From a bacterium (GTDB taxonomy: Bacteria; UBA8248): a stretch of 64,000 nucleotides of DNA. Position numbers and translations under genes: made by a program. Location: assembly GCA_965221655.1 (NCBI GenBank), contig OZ244906.1, positions 18,324 to 82,323 of the forward strand. The letters are read 5' to 3'. Shown here piece after piece: positions 38,386 through 47,992 of the stretch (its first letter is position 1; each line of letters begins with the position of its first letter). The notes under the pieces were generated by a model that was given only the letters and a program-made list of their open reading frames with translations, did not search any database and was not told the origin of the DNA.

Positions 38386-40008
38386 TCAGGTCTGCGCGGG
38401 TTGCGGGCGCGTCCGGGGTCCATTCAAGAGCGTGCCCACCCAGGTGTAGCGAATGATGTACTCATAAGAGATCAAGAGAATGCTGGTAACAACGATCACG
38501 ACCAACCCAAACTTGACGATACCGGGCAGTGCCCAATCCAGCATCACCCATTGCGCGAGGAATACCAGCGGAAGGTGAGCCAGATAGAGCCAATACGAAG
38601 AATCAGACACATAGCGGATGTATTTGTTCTCTCGCACCAGCAGCGAGCGGAACATTCCTATCCAGGCGATGGCCATCATCCAAGGGTAGAGTACTTGTAA
38701 TGCATCCGTGATGAGACGCTCGGACGTCCCGCTGAAAAGGTCGCCGGCGAACCCAAAGATACCTGTAGACAACTCCAAACCAAGCGGGAACACGACGAAC
38801 AACGCCACGGGCAGGGTGATGCGCCACCGTTTTCCGAGTTGGCCGGAAACATCGTTGGAATCGTAGTAGCAGGCGCCGAAGGCAAAGAAAAGCCCGAAGA
38901 ACGCCAGGGCATGAAAGCGCGGGAAAAGGACGAATAGTTCAGAAGTATCCACCCCGAACAATTCGGGTATCTTCCAGCCCACGAACCATTGGGGAATCAT
39001 CGTCAGCAGCACCCAGCCAACGAGAGCCACTGGCGACGTCACAAGCCATTTGGCTATGCTTTCCGTCCGCTCCCCACCCCATCGGTCGACGCAATGGGCA
39101 ACGACCGCAAAGGCAAGGACGAACAAGAACAGATACCACAGAAACCACAGATGCATGAAGATCGGAAATGCCTGCAGGAACCGAATCCACCTTACCTTCG
39201 AGAAGGAGTCGGGCATGTTAAAGCGTTTTTGGATCTCGGCTCGGCCGGCTTCGAGTTGCTGTTGGTCGAGCTTGATGTTCATCCAGTTTGCAATTGCGTT
39301 CGTGAAGGACCAGCTCATTTGTATTCTGATCTGCGGAAGCTGGCCCCTCTTGTTCTGCGCGTCCGGGTCCGCGCCCTTGCGAATCAGCAGGTCGAATATG
39401 TCGTTTCGTCCGAAGAATGCCGCGTCGTGCAGCGGCGTCCCGCCGTCGCGGTTGCGCGCCTTGATGTCGGCCCCTTGCTCCAGAAGCAGCTCGACCATTG
39501 CACGATGACCCGCCAAAGCCGCCAGCGACAGGTACGTCCTGCCGAACTCGGGATGCACTGCATGGATGTTCGCGCCGTCGGCAATGTGCTTCTTCACGGC
39601 AGGCCCATCTCCACGGCGTACCGAGGTCCAAAGCGGGTCGCTGTATGCGCGCTCGCGCGGCGGTTGCCTGAAACTCAGGAGAACTGCGAACGTGGGTGGA
39701 ATAATGACTACCAGACTCAACATGCAGGGAAGAAACACCCGGCGGAATCGGTGATTCACCAGGGCCTTCAGGCCTCTCCTGCGCCAGAGCATCGCGGTAA
39801 AGAACCCGCTTACCACAAAGAAGAGCGGCATGCGGAAGCCATGCGTAAAGTCCATAAAAATGTGCAATAGCGGGGTGCGCGCACCATCCAAAACGAACCA
39901 AGGCCCCCCGACCGAGAACGAACCCGCAGCGTGGTAGATAATGCCCAGAAGCATCGCAACTGCCCGCAAGGCGTCCAGGTCGTGCCGACGGGTGGACTGC
40001 TCAGTCAT
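38386..40008 (-). CDS. Acyltransferase-3 (OpgC/MdoC-like) membrane protein with inserted ankyrin repeats
   Basis: LDALRA, HGFRMPLFF..SGFF, HLWFL and SYWLYLAH; internal GRTYLSLAA and GGTPLHDAA ankyrin repeats. Confidence 0.85.
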   Translation of the reverse strand: MTEQSTRRHDLDALRAVAMLLGIIYHAAGSFSVGGPWFVLDGARTPLLHIFMDFTHGFRMPLFFVVSGFFTAMLWRRRGLKALVNHRFRRVFLPCMLSLVVIIPPTFAVLLSFRQPPRERAYSDPLWTSVRRGDGPAVKKHIADGANIHAVHPEFGRTYLSLAALAGHRAMVELLLEQGADIKARNRDGGTPLHDAAFFGRNDIFDLLIRKGADPDAQNKRGQLPQIRIQMSWSFTNAIANWMNIKLDQQQLEAGRAEIQKRFNMPDSFSKVRWIRFLQAFPIFMHLWFLWYLFLFVLAFAVVAHCVDRWGGERTESIAKWLVTSPVALVGWVLLTMIPQWFVGWKIPELFGVDTSELFVLFPRFHALAFFGLFFAFGACYYDSNDVSGQLGKRWRITLPVALFVVFPLGLELSTGIFGFAGDLFSGTSERLITDALQVLYPWMMAIAWIGMFRSLLVRENKYIRYVSDSSYWLYLAHLPLVFLAQWVMLDWALPGIVKFGLVVIVVTSILLISYEYIIRYTWVGTLLNGPRTRPQPAQT

Positions 40009-40044
40009 AGCGAACCTCCGTCCAAGGGCAGTTGGTAGAGGAAA

Positions 40045-41241
40045 TTACCAGTTGCCGGATTGTTCTGCATCCACTTTATCCGGCATTTTGTATGTAATGC
40101 CCTCTTTGTCATACATGGATACGTCCATCACCCCGAGAAACTTGTCTTTTTTGAGCTTTTGGGCAATTCGGGGAAAAATCGCGCCCACAGCGCGCCAAAA
40201 GCGATTCTTGAAGTACATGAATGTGAGCAAGCCCCGCGTCCTGCCTGGGGGATAGCGGAGTTGATCGGCCATCTCGTCGCCAATTTGCGCCCGAGACACG
40301 GAGTAAATGTAGTTCGCCAATCGCCGCCGCTCTCCCGGATCGGTAATGCCGGCCACCACTGGTGCCGAGTTGACCAGGCAATTTGTCAAAATGATAGATT
40401 CGAAACCGGGCGGCGGTTCGCACAGGTGACCGACCTGGTAGAGGTTGTGCGCCTCCTCTTCGTTGCGAAAGAGAATGGTTTCGGGTACGCCCAGCAAATA
40501 GCCCGTATAGCGCCATATCATCATGAAACTCCGGCGCTCCTCGGCATTCAGAATGACGCCAAAGCGGCGGGCCCGGTTCAGTAGCTTTGCCGAGAAAGTG
40601 GCCGTTGCAAAACCAATGTGCGCCGCGCTCAAAGGCATGCCCCATGCTGCGGTGTCCCACGCGGGCGAGTGCACAAGCAACCGTCTGAGTTGTGCATGAA
40701 TCAAGCGGATGCGCACGGACAACTTCCAGCCGTCTCCCTGCCGTTCGAGGCCGCCGGGCAGGAAAATCTCCACGAGATGCCGGTTGTTTTGCTGCAGCCG
40801 CCGCACCCCGAAACTGGTCAGACGTCCCGTCATAAAAAACGACTTGGCGATGAGCGTAGTGAAGCCCTCTATGAGGACCGCCGACACGAAGGCCCCTGTG
40901 AAGAGAGTTGAATCGGCGTGAAAGGCGCGGCAGCCGGGCATGACTGCCTCCGGATCAAACCACGAAGGGGGGGGAGCCTCCAACTGCTCAAAAAAATCCC
41001 GCAACGGCTTTGGCGCATCGTGGGGGATGTCCTGGCGTTGGTCCATCAACGCCTCGATAAACCGGCCCCCTTCTTTTGGCCCCCAGGGGGCGAGCGCCTC
41101 CACGGCGGCATCTGCTTCCGGGTCCCCCAGGAGCGTGTGTGCAATATAATTGTCAGCCGTCTCCGGGTCTTGCTTACGCGCTTTTTCGTAACCCGGCAGG
41201 TACGCAGAAGGTATCGAGTCCGCACTATTCATGGTAGCCAT
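40045..41241 (-). CDS. MpaB/latex-clearing-protein-like (DUF2236) heme oxygenase family protein
   Basis: GDPEAD, RIRLIHAQLR, WG.P and WRYTGYLLGV. Confidence 0.8.
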   Translation of the reverse strand: MATMNSADSIPSAYLPGYEKARKQDPETADNYIAHTLLGDPEADAAVEALAPWGPKEGGRFIEALMDQRQDIPHDAPKPLRDFFEQLEAPPPSWFDPEAVMPGCRAFHADSTLFTGAFVSAVLIEGFTTLIAKSFFMTGRLTSFGVRRLQQNNRHLVEIFLPGGLERQGDGWKLSVRIRLIHAQLRRLLVHSPAWDTAAWGMPLSAAHIGFATATFSAKLLNRARRFGVILNAEERRSFMMIWRYTGYLLGVPETILFRNEEEAHNLYQVGHLCEPPPGFESIILTNCLVNSAPVVAGITDPGERRRLANYIYSVSRAQIGDEMADQLRYPPGRTRGLLTFMYFKNRFWRAVGAIFPRIAQKLKKDKFLGVMDVSMYDKEGITYKMPDKVDAEQSGNW

Positions 41242-41672
41242 AGACCCAATTCATTGCATCAATATGGTTATGCGGATAACCGACGCACAATGACGCCGGG
41301 AGGAAAACCATCTGGAAAATACAGGATAACCCCGCACGCCTCGATAACAAACATATGCGAAACAGGGGAGCGCCTCGAAGCGAACTCCTGTGACGAGGAC
41401 GACGAGCCGCCCACCGGGAGCAGTTTCCCGGATTGCCTGGCGTATGCCCTCGGCGCTGAAATCGCCGCCCAATACCCGGAAGCCCAAGTGTCGACAAGGC
41501 CAGGCACTCCATCCGAACCTGTACGAATATCGTAGGATCCGTTCGAATCCGCACCTTCATACGAAGCTGGGGCGTGTACTCCCCGCCAACCTAGCAGATG
41601 CAAGGGGCAGACACAACGACCCGCACGAGCTCCCATGAGGCCGGGGCAATGATTGCCCCGGAAGCTCTCGCC

Positions 41673-41831
41673 CCCCTGGATGCAGGGACCTAAGACGATA
41701 GATGCGTGGTGGTTCTCGAACAAGTCGCGCAGCAGGGATTCTGAGAACGCGCGCCCTGACCGAAACTCCCGGACGGCGCAGCGGGTTGCGTCCAGCCGGG
41801 TTTCTTCGCGGCAGGACGCCTGCGGCGGCAC
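41673..41831 (-). pseudogene. Truncated 5' duplicate of the 36232-36816 gene
   Basis: Translates to REETRLDATRCAV...LLRDLFENHHASIVLGPCIQG and then loses similarity; ATG replaced by GTG. Confidence 0.75.
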
Positions 41832-41909
41832 GCGAGCCCCGCGTTGCGGGCTAACGAGGCGTTTCCACCAGGGTATAGCGTATGCGCAGCACGAGCGTCT
41901 TGTCGAAAG
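41673..41909. repeat. Imperfect direct repeat, right copy (tonB 3' end plus 5' remnant of the hypothetical gene)
   Basis: Aligns with 36658-36892. Confidence 0.9.
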
Positions 41910-42255
41910 GCGGGAGGGGTGCTGCCTTGCGCACCGCTTCGAGTGCGGCCTTATCCAGCAAGGCGTTGCCCGAGGTGTGCTTGATGCGCAGCTCGTGCAC
42001 CTGCCCGTTCGGCAACACCCCGAAGCTCACCGTCGAGACGCCCTCCGCCCCCGCTCTGCGTGCGACCTCGGGGTAGAGGTGGTGGCGTTTGACGCGCTCG
42101 ACGATGGCGGCGACGCGCGCGTCCGCCCCCCCGCGCCGCTTCGTGAAGGTGAAGGAGGGGGCCTCCACCCGCGGGGGCGGCGCGCCTGCGTCTTGCGCCC
42201 GTGCGGACGCGGCCAGGAGCAAGACCCCCGCCAAAATGCTCGCGAGGCGCTTCAC
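41851..42255 (-). CDS. Short TonB C-terminal domain protein (energy transducer-like)
   Basis: YPEVARRAGAEG, SGNALLDKAALEAV and APLPPF; GTG start overlapping the ATPase stop. Confidence 0.8.
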   Translation of the reverse strand: MKRLASILAGVLLLAASARAQDAGAPPPRVEAPSFTFTKRRGGADARVAAIVERVKRHHLYPEVARRAGAEGVSTVSFGVLPNGQVHELRIKHTSGNALLDKAALEAVRKAAPLPPFDKTLVLRIRYTLVETPR

Positions 42256-43058
42256 GGCGTGCGTTCCCCCCGTGTTCGTTCTGCGGCCTCGCGTGCGTGC
42301 ACGACGAAGTGGCGCTCCCCGCCCGCCTGGAGAATGCGCGCTTGCACGCCGAAGGCCCGTTCGATGCGCTCGGGCGTGAGCACGCTCCGGGTGTCCGCGT
42401 GGATGAGGGTCTGCCCCTCGTGGAGCAGTGCGAGGTCGTCGCAGTAGCGGTGCGCGAGGTTCAGGTCGTGCACCGATACCACCACCGTGCGGCCCGCGCG
42501 CGCCTGTGTGCGCAGAATGTCGAGAATATCGAGACAATGCTTGACGTCGAGGTTCGCAAAGGGTTCGTCCAGCAGCAGGACGGGTGTGTGCGCGGCCAGC
42601 GTTCTGGCGATCAGCACGCGCTGCAATTCCCCGCCCGAGAGTTCGTTGACGGCGCGGTGCGCGAGGTGTTGCGCGTCCACGTCGCGCAGGGCCTCTTCGG
42701 CCGCGGCGTGGTCGTCCCCGCCCTCGCGCGCGAGTCTGCCCAGGTGGGGGTGTCTGCCCATGAGCACCGTCTCGTCGACGCGAAACGCAAAGCCCGTCTC
42801 TTGTTTCTGGGCGAGGTAGCCCACGCGCCGGGCCGCCTCCTTGCGGGAGAAAGAGGCAATGGGTCGTTCGTCGAGCGTGATCGTGCCCGTGCGTATCGGC
42901 ACGATGCCCGCGAGCGCGCGCAACAGCGTCGTCTTGCCAGCGCCGTTTGCGCCGATGACGCCCGTGAGCACACCCGGACGAAATGCGAGCGACACGCCCC
43001 TGAGCACGTCACGCCCGCCGAGTTCCACGCGCAGATTTTCGGCTTCGAGTTGCATCAA
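42252..43058 (-). CDS. Cobalamin/iron-siderophore ABC ATP-binding protein (BtuD/FepC-like)
   Basis: GANGAGKTT, MGRHPH, LSGGE, LLLDEP and HDLNLA. Confidence 0.9.
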   Translation of the reverse strand: MMQLEAENLRVELGGRDVLRGVSLAFRPGVLTGVIGANGAGKTTLLRALAGIVPIRTGTITLDERPIASFSRKEAARRVGYLAQKQETGFAFRVDETVLMGRHPHLGRLAREGGDDHAAAEEALRDVDAQHLAHRAVNELSGGELQRVLIARTLAAHTPVLLLDEPFANLDVKHCLDILDILRTQARAGRTVVVSVHDLNLAHRYCDDLALLHEGQTLIHADTRSVLTPERIERAFGVQARILQAGGERHFVVHAREAAERTRGERTP

Positions 43059-44083
43059 AACGTCTCCGCGCGGGCGCGATTGCGCACGATCAGGTAGAGG
43101 AAGAACGTCCCGCCCACGCTAGAGGAGAGCACGCCCAGGCGTATTTCCTCGACCGGGGAAATCGTCCGCGCTGCGAGGTCCATCGCCATCACGAAGGCCG
43201 CGCCGGAAACCATGCAAAGCGGCAGGAGGCGGCGGTGGTCCGGCCCGGCCAGCATCCGCACCACGTGGGGGACGAGCAGACCCACGAAGCCGATGACGCC
43301 CGAGACCGCAACCGCCGCTCCCGCCGCTCCCGCCGCGACGATGAGGCACCACGCCTTGGTGCGCGCGGTGTCCACGCCCAGGGCCATGGCGGATTCCTCG
43401 CCCGCCGTCATGAGGTTGAGCTCGCGCCCGAAGAAAAGCGCCGCACACGCCGAGGCCGCGAAGAACGGCGCGACGAGCGCAACGTGTTCCCACGTGCGGT
43501 TCGTCAGTCCCCCCATGAGCCAGAACAGGATCTGCCGGGCGAGTTCAAAATCGCCCACGCTGTGGCTGAGCACGAGCGTGGTGAGCGCACCCGTAACGGA
43601 GTTCATCGCCATCCCGCAGAGAATGAGCGTCCCCAGAGGCGTGTGTCCCTTGTGGGTGGCGACGAGGGCGACGATCAGCACGGTGAGCAGCGCGCCGCCG
43701 AAGGCGCTCAGGGGCACGAGCCATATCGAGGCCGCCCCCCAGCCCAGGGCGATGGCGCTCGTCGCCCCCAGTGCGCCGCCCGTGCTCACGCCGATGACGA
43801 CGGGGCTCGCCAGCGGGTTGCGAAACAGACCCTGGAGCATCACCCCCGAGAGTGCGAGCGAAGCGCCCGCGAAAGCGCCCGTCAACACCCGCGGTATGCG
43901 GATGTGCCAGACGATGGTGCGCTCCTGGGGGGTGAGTCCCTCGGGCGAGAGGAGGCCCGCCTCGGCGAGCACGATTTCGAGAATTTTGCTCCACGAGATG
44001 TCGGCGGCGCCCGCCCCCACGCCCAGAATCGCAACGATGCCCGTGCCCGCCAGGGTGCAGACGGGCAGGGCGCAGCGCCTCAT
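43055..44083 (-). CDS. FecCD/BtuC family ABC permease
   Basis: IRIPR, QGLFRNPLASP, IGFVGLLVPH and GPDHR. Confidence 0.92.
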   Translation of the reverse strand: MRRCALPVCTLAGTGIVAILGVGAGAADISWSKILEIVLAEAGLLSPEGLTPQERTIVWHIRIPRVLTGAFAGASLALSGVMLQGLFRNPLASPVVIGVSTGGALGATSAIALGWGAASIWLVPLSAFGGALLTVLIVALVATHKGHTPLGTLILCGMAMNSVTGALTTLVLSHSVGDFELARQILFWLMGGLTNRTWEHVALVAPFFAASACAALFFGRELNLMTAGEESAMALGVDTARTKAWCLIVAAGAAGAAVAVSGVIGFVGLLVPHVVRMLAGPDHRRLLPLCMVSGAAFVMAMDLAARTISPVEEIRLGVLSSSVGGTFFLYLIVRNRARAETF

Positions 44084-44916
44084 CGGTAGAGTTCCCGCAC
44101 CAGATCCTCGAGCCCGTCCACGAGGTAGTGCGACACGCTCGAGAAGCGGGGCAGCGGAATTTCGACAATTTTTTTCTCCCGCAGGGGGGAGTAGGCCGCA
44201 CTCGCGCGCACAAGCGCCTGCATGCTCTCGCCCGAGAGGGTGTTCACGCCTATGAGAAGAGCGTCGGGGTTCCAGGCGATCGCCTGTTCCGCCGATATCC
44301 TGCGCGCTCCGCGCACCCCCCGCGCGGCGGCCACGTTCACGCCTCCCGCCAGACGGATCATGGCGTCGAGCGAGGTGTCCGCTCCCGCCGTCCAGCCGCC
44401 TTTCATGAGAGGGAGCACGCGCGGCGGCCTCGCCCCCGGGGGGATGCGCGCGCGGATGGCGCGCATCCTCGCGCGCGCGCGCGCCACGAGGCGGCGGGCT
44501 TTTTCCCGCTCTCCGATGAGGCGGCCCATCTTCTCGACGTTCGCCAGTGCGTCCTCCACGCCCGCAAACGCGGAGAAGCGCGCGACGCGCACCCCTGCGG
44601 CGCGCAGGTGTTTTACGAACGCGGCGCTCGAATAAGAGGCGACGAACACCAAATCCGGCGCGAGTGCGATGACGCCCTCGGGCACGCTGCCGAGCAGCGG
44701 AATGCCCCGCACCTGTTCCGCGACGTTTGAGTAGGCGGGGTCGCCCGCCAGCTTGTGGAGACCCGCGATTCTGCTCCGCGGGGCGAGGGCCACGAGCGTC
44801 TCTGCCGCGGCGAGCGTCATGGCGACGATGCGGCGGGGGGGCGCGGCTCCTGCGGGTGTGAAGGCGGCACACACCCACAGGAGAGCCGCAAGCAGGAAAA
44901 CTCTGCGCCTGGGCAT
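44080..44916 (-). CDS. Periplasmic binding protein (BtuF-like)
   Basis: Signal peptide; PRRIV, E.VIALAPDLV, AGGVN and WNPD. Confidence 0.85.
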   Translation of the reverse strand: MPRRRVFLLAALLWVCAAFTPAGAAPPRRIVAMTLAAAETLVALAPRSRIAGLHKLAGDPAYSNVAEQVRGIPLLGSVPEGVIALAPDLVFVASYSSAAFVKHLRAAGVRVARFSAFAGVEDALANVEKMGRLIGEREKARRLVARARARMRAIRARIPPGARPPRVLPLMKGGWTAGADTSLDAMIRLAGGVNVAAARGVRGARRISAEQAIAWNPDALLIGVNTLSGESMQALVRASAAYSPLREKKIVEIPLPRFSSVSHYLVDGLEDLVRELYR

Positions 44917-44947
44917 TCCGCGCCCCTCACAAAAAGCGCCCGTGCGT

Positions 44948-46987
44948 TCAGAAGACGATCCGCAGACCCGCGAACCACTGCACGCCGGGCGCGCTGTAGC
45001 CGAACACGCTCTCGTAGTCCTCATCGAGCGCGTTGTTCACCTTGAGTTCTATCGTCATATCCCGAAAGAGGGATTGGTTCGTCCTATCGAGCATCGAAAC
45101 GTGGTTCTGGACGACTTCGAGCGAAAGAGCCAGGTCCACCCGGGTGTAGGCGGAGTTCTCCACCCGGGGGTAGGGCCACGAGGCGGAGTCGTCGATGTCC
45201 CATTGCTTGCCCACCGTCTGCACCCGCAGGGCGGCGCGCAGGCGGCCGGGGTGGTAGACGAGCGAGCCGCTCCACGAATGCGTGGGCCGCCTGAGGAGGT
45301 CCTCGCCTTTCACGTAATTCGGCGCACCGCTTACGCCGCCCTCGTCCAGTGTCTCGGTGTCCATGGCGTTGAGGCGCGCGTGGATGGTGAAGTCGTGGAA
45401 ATCGATGAGCGAAAGGGCGAGCTCCGCACCCCGTATGCGCGCCTTGCGGATGTTCGCGTAGTTCGTGCCGTTGGCGAACTCCACGGCCGAATAGGCTATC
45501 AGATCGTCGACGTGGTTCTCGTAATACGTGCCGCTCAGCTTCACCTTTTTGCCAAAAAACTGGTCGAAGCCCGCCTCCCAACTCTTTTGCTTCTCGCTCT
45601 TGAGGTTCGGGTTGCCGGGGCCGTAGACGTCGAGCAGCTCACTGAACGAAGGGCGCTTGATTCCCTCGCCCACCGCACCGCGCAGGCGGGTTTGCGTGCC
45701 CGGAATGCGGTAGGAGGCGGAGAGCTTGCCGGTTACCTCGTCCTCGCCGACGTCGAAGTCGTCGAGCCGCACCCCGGCCGCCAGGGTGAAGCCCGCCCGG
45801 AAGAGCAACTGCTGTTGCGCGTAGACCGAGACGGCCCGCCGCGTGCTGTCGTACTCGCTGGCGCCGAAGGCGGAGTCGCTCTTGACGGCGTAGCTCTCCT
45901 CCTCCCATTCGACGCCGAGGGTGGAGACGGACGCGCGCAGCCCCTCCATCCCCAGACGCTCGCCCGGCAGGCGGACGTTGAACTGGTTGTCGAGGCGAAT
46001 TCTCTCGCCCTCGGTGTCCGTTTTGCTGAAGCTCGCATCGAGGGCGTCGGGCTTGTTCTCGTCGCGTGCGTCGCGCAGGTAGAGCGAGACGCGGGGTATG
46101 TATTCGAGCCAGGGGAGGGGGCGCAGGTGCGCGCGCACGCCGATGAGCTGTTCGGTGCTGTCGCGGTATTCGTTCGGTTCGCGGTAGCCCTCGTGGTCGG
46201 GGCCGGGGAGGTCGTAGCGGTTGCGGTTCGCGTGGAAGACGAAGCGCACCTTTGCGTCGTCTGAAAAGAAATGGTCCAGCCCCACCGTGCCGACTGTGCG
46301 GTGGTACCCGTCATTGGGCAGATGTCCGTTCGTGTCGGTGCGGCTGAAAGTAGCGACGTAGCCGCTTCTGGCCGTGCCGCCCTTTATCTTGAGCGTCTCC
46401 TCGTAGGTGTCGAACCCCCCGGCGCGGGTGCGCACGCTTAGTTGCTGTGCTTCGCCGGGCTTGCCGAGGTCGGGCAGGAGGTTCACCACTCCCGCCGCCG
46501 CGTCCGAGCCGTAGAGCGGGCTTTGCGGACCCTTGAGCACCTCCGCCGCCCCCACCCACTCCGGCGAGAGGTGGCCGAAGTCGTAAGCGCTCCCGTCGGG
46601 GAAGGTGAGTTTGAAGCCGTCGAGCATGACGCTGGTGAAGTTGCTTTCGCTGCCGCGCAGGAACAGGCTCGTTTGCCCCCCCCTGCCGTTCGTTTGGGGC
46701 AGGACGACGCCCGCCGCCTCGCCGAGAAAGTCGATGACGTCGCCGGGCAGCAGGCTTTCGATGCGTTCTGAATCGAACGTCTCCAGCGAGTCGGCCACGT
46801 CGCCGAGCCGCTCGGGGGTGCGCGTGGCCGTCACGACGATGGGGTCGGGGTAGACTTCTTCCCCCGCGCTCTGGGCGTCGGCCCGCCCGGTAAGGGCGGC
46901 GCAGACGAGGAGCGCCGCTCCCGCGATGTGCATTGCCTTTTTCCGGAACCGAGAGAGTTTCGAGGGTTTTCCTGCGGGACGCTGCAT
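44948..46987 (-). CDS. btuB: TonB-dependent receptor, probable cobalamin receptor
   Basis: IVVTATR TonB box/plug, EVLKGPQSPLYG, GNPNLKSE, LLRRP and C-terminal Phe; downstream of a cobalamin riboswitch. Confidence 0.85.
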   Translation of the reverse strand: MQRPAGKPSKLSRFRKKAMHIAGAALLVCAALTGRADAQSAGEEVYPDPIVVTATRTPERLGDVADSLETFDSERIESLLPGDVIDFLGEAAGVVLPQTNGRGGQTSLFLRGSESNFTSVMLDGFKLTFPDGSAYDFGHLSPEWVGAAEVLKGPQSPLYGSDAAAGVVNLLPDLGKPGEAQQLSVRTRAGGFDTYEETLKIKGGTARSGYVATFSRTDTNGHLPNDGYHRTVGTVGLDHFFSDDAKVRFVFHANRNRYDLPGPDHEGYREPNEYRDSTEQLIGVRAHLRPLPWLEYIPRVSLYLRDARDENKPDALDASFSKTDTEGERIRLDNQFNVRLPGERLGMEGLRASVSTLGVEWEEESYAVKSDSAFGASEYDSTRRAVSVYAQQQLLFRAGFTLAAGVRLDDFDVGEDEVTGKLSASYRIPGTQTRLRGAVGEGIKRPSFSELLDVYGPGNPNLKSEKQKSWEAGFDQFFGKKVKLSGTYYENHVDDLIAYSAVEFANGTNYANIRKARIRGAELALSLIDFHDFTIHARLNAMDTETLDEGGVSGAPNYVKGEDLLRRPTHSWSGSLVYHPGRLRAALRVQTVGKQWDIDDSASWPYPRVENSAYTRVDLALSLEVVQNHVSMLDRTNQSLFRDMTIELKVNNALDEDYESVFGYSAPGVQWFAGLRIVF

Positions 46988-47058
46988 GTGGTCGGCCTCC
47001 CCGAGTGCCCGAGCACTCGAAAGCGAACCCTTGCCGGGGTCGCGCGGAGAAGCCTACG

Positions 47059-47221
47059 GGCCGGTCTTCTGGCTCGCGCCGATAGCCGCTCTTCATTCCT
47101 TCCCGGGGTCGTTCCCGGTGGATTGCATGAAGAGCGCGTCGCTCACAGCTGCCGGGCAGCTCCGGATTCGCACCGGATTCCCGAACACCCGTCGGCTCGT
47201 TGCGCGGTGGACGTTCCACCG
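47059..47221 (-). ncRNA. Cobalamin (B12) riboswitch
   Basis: Minus strand reads GGGAATCCGGTGCGAATCCGGAGCTGCCCGGCAGCTGTG...CCACCGG...GGGAAGG...GAGCCAGAAGACCGGCC (B12-box); upstream of btuB. Confidence 0.9.
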
Positions 47222-47335
47222 CTATGGAAAACGCCTCCGCACAGAGGCGGGACGTTCATGGCATCTCTTGATGTGCTAAGCGGGCTTCCTCGCCCGCGGC
47301 TCGCACTGGCGCGGCGGTTGCCGCGCCCCGGCCCG

Positions 47336-47839
47336 CTATACGGCCTCGTACTTATCGCGCGTAATAGTGTCCAGGTTGATGCCCTCGATGCGGATGAGGC
47401 GCGTCTCGCCCTCGCGCTTGGGCGAGTGGAACTCTCCCACGTCGTAGGCCTTCGAGAGGCCGGGCGTGAGGTCGTAGCTGCGCACCGCGCGCACCTTGCC
47501 CGGGGCACTCCCGTTGGGGCGTTCGACGAGCTCGTAGTCCGTCATCGTGGTGGTGCCCACCGCCTGGCCGTAGATGGCCCAGGAGGCGCCGTGATCGTGC
47601 GGCGGGCTTCCGGTCGCGCCCTTGTGGACGTGGGCGAAGATGCAAAACCCGAGTTCGGCGTCTTCGTAGAGTACCTTGCGGGGGGAGTCGTTGTCCGGCC
47701 CCAGGTGTTCCTGCACGAACTCTGGTTGTACCAGCACCTCTTCGAGCTTGTCGCTCACCTGCTGGAGACCCGCCTTGCTGGAGTCGTTCTTGAGTATCTC
47801 GTGGCACTCCGCTGCGAATTTGTCGAGTATCTCACCCAT
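47336..47839 (-). CDS. Cupin/cysteine-dioxygenase-like protein
   Basis: SPPHDHG.SWAIY and a later HS motif. Confidence 0.65.
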   Translation of the reverse strand: MGEILDKFAAECHEILKNDSSKAGLQQVSDKLEEVLVQPEFVQEHLGPDNDSPRKVLYEDAELGFCIFAHVHKGATGSPPHDHGASWAIYGQAVGTTTMTDYELVERPNGSAPGKVRAVRSYDLTPGLSKAYDVGEFHSPKREGETRLIRIEGINLDTITRDKYEAV

Positions 47840-47992
47840 GGCTCGCCCCCCCTTTTTGGTGATTGGTTTTTCCGCATTCTAGCGTTATGTCCCGCCCTTT
47901 GTAAATCCGCGGGCGATTTTCCCCAAAACACGCCCCGCGTGTATGATGCGGAGGGAAACCACTACGAGGGGCAACGCTTCGGGGAGCCTCGC

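Noticed and set aside
41268-41831. 187 aa ORF as a real gene
   Set aside because: Only the first ~53 codons match the 36232-36816 gene (repeat remnant); the rest looks like non-coding readthrough.
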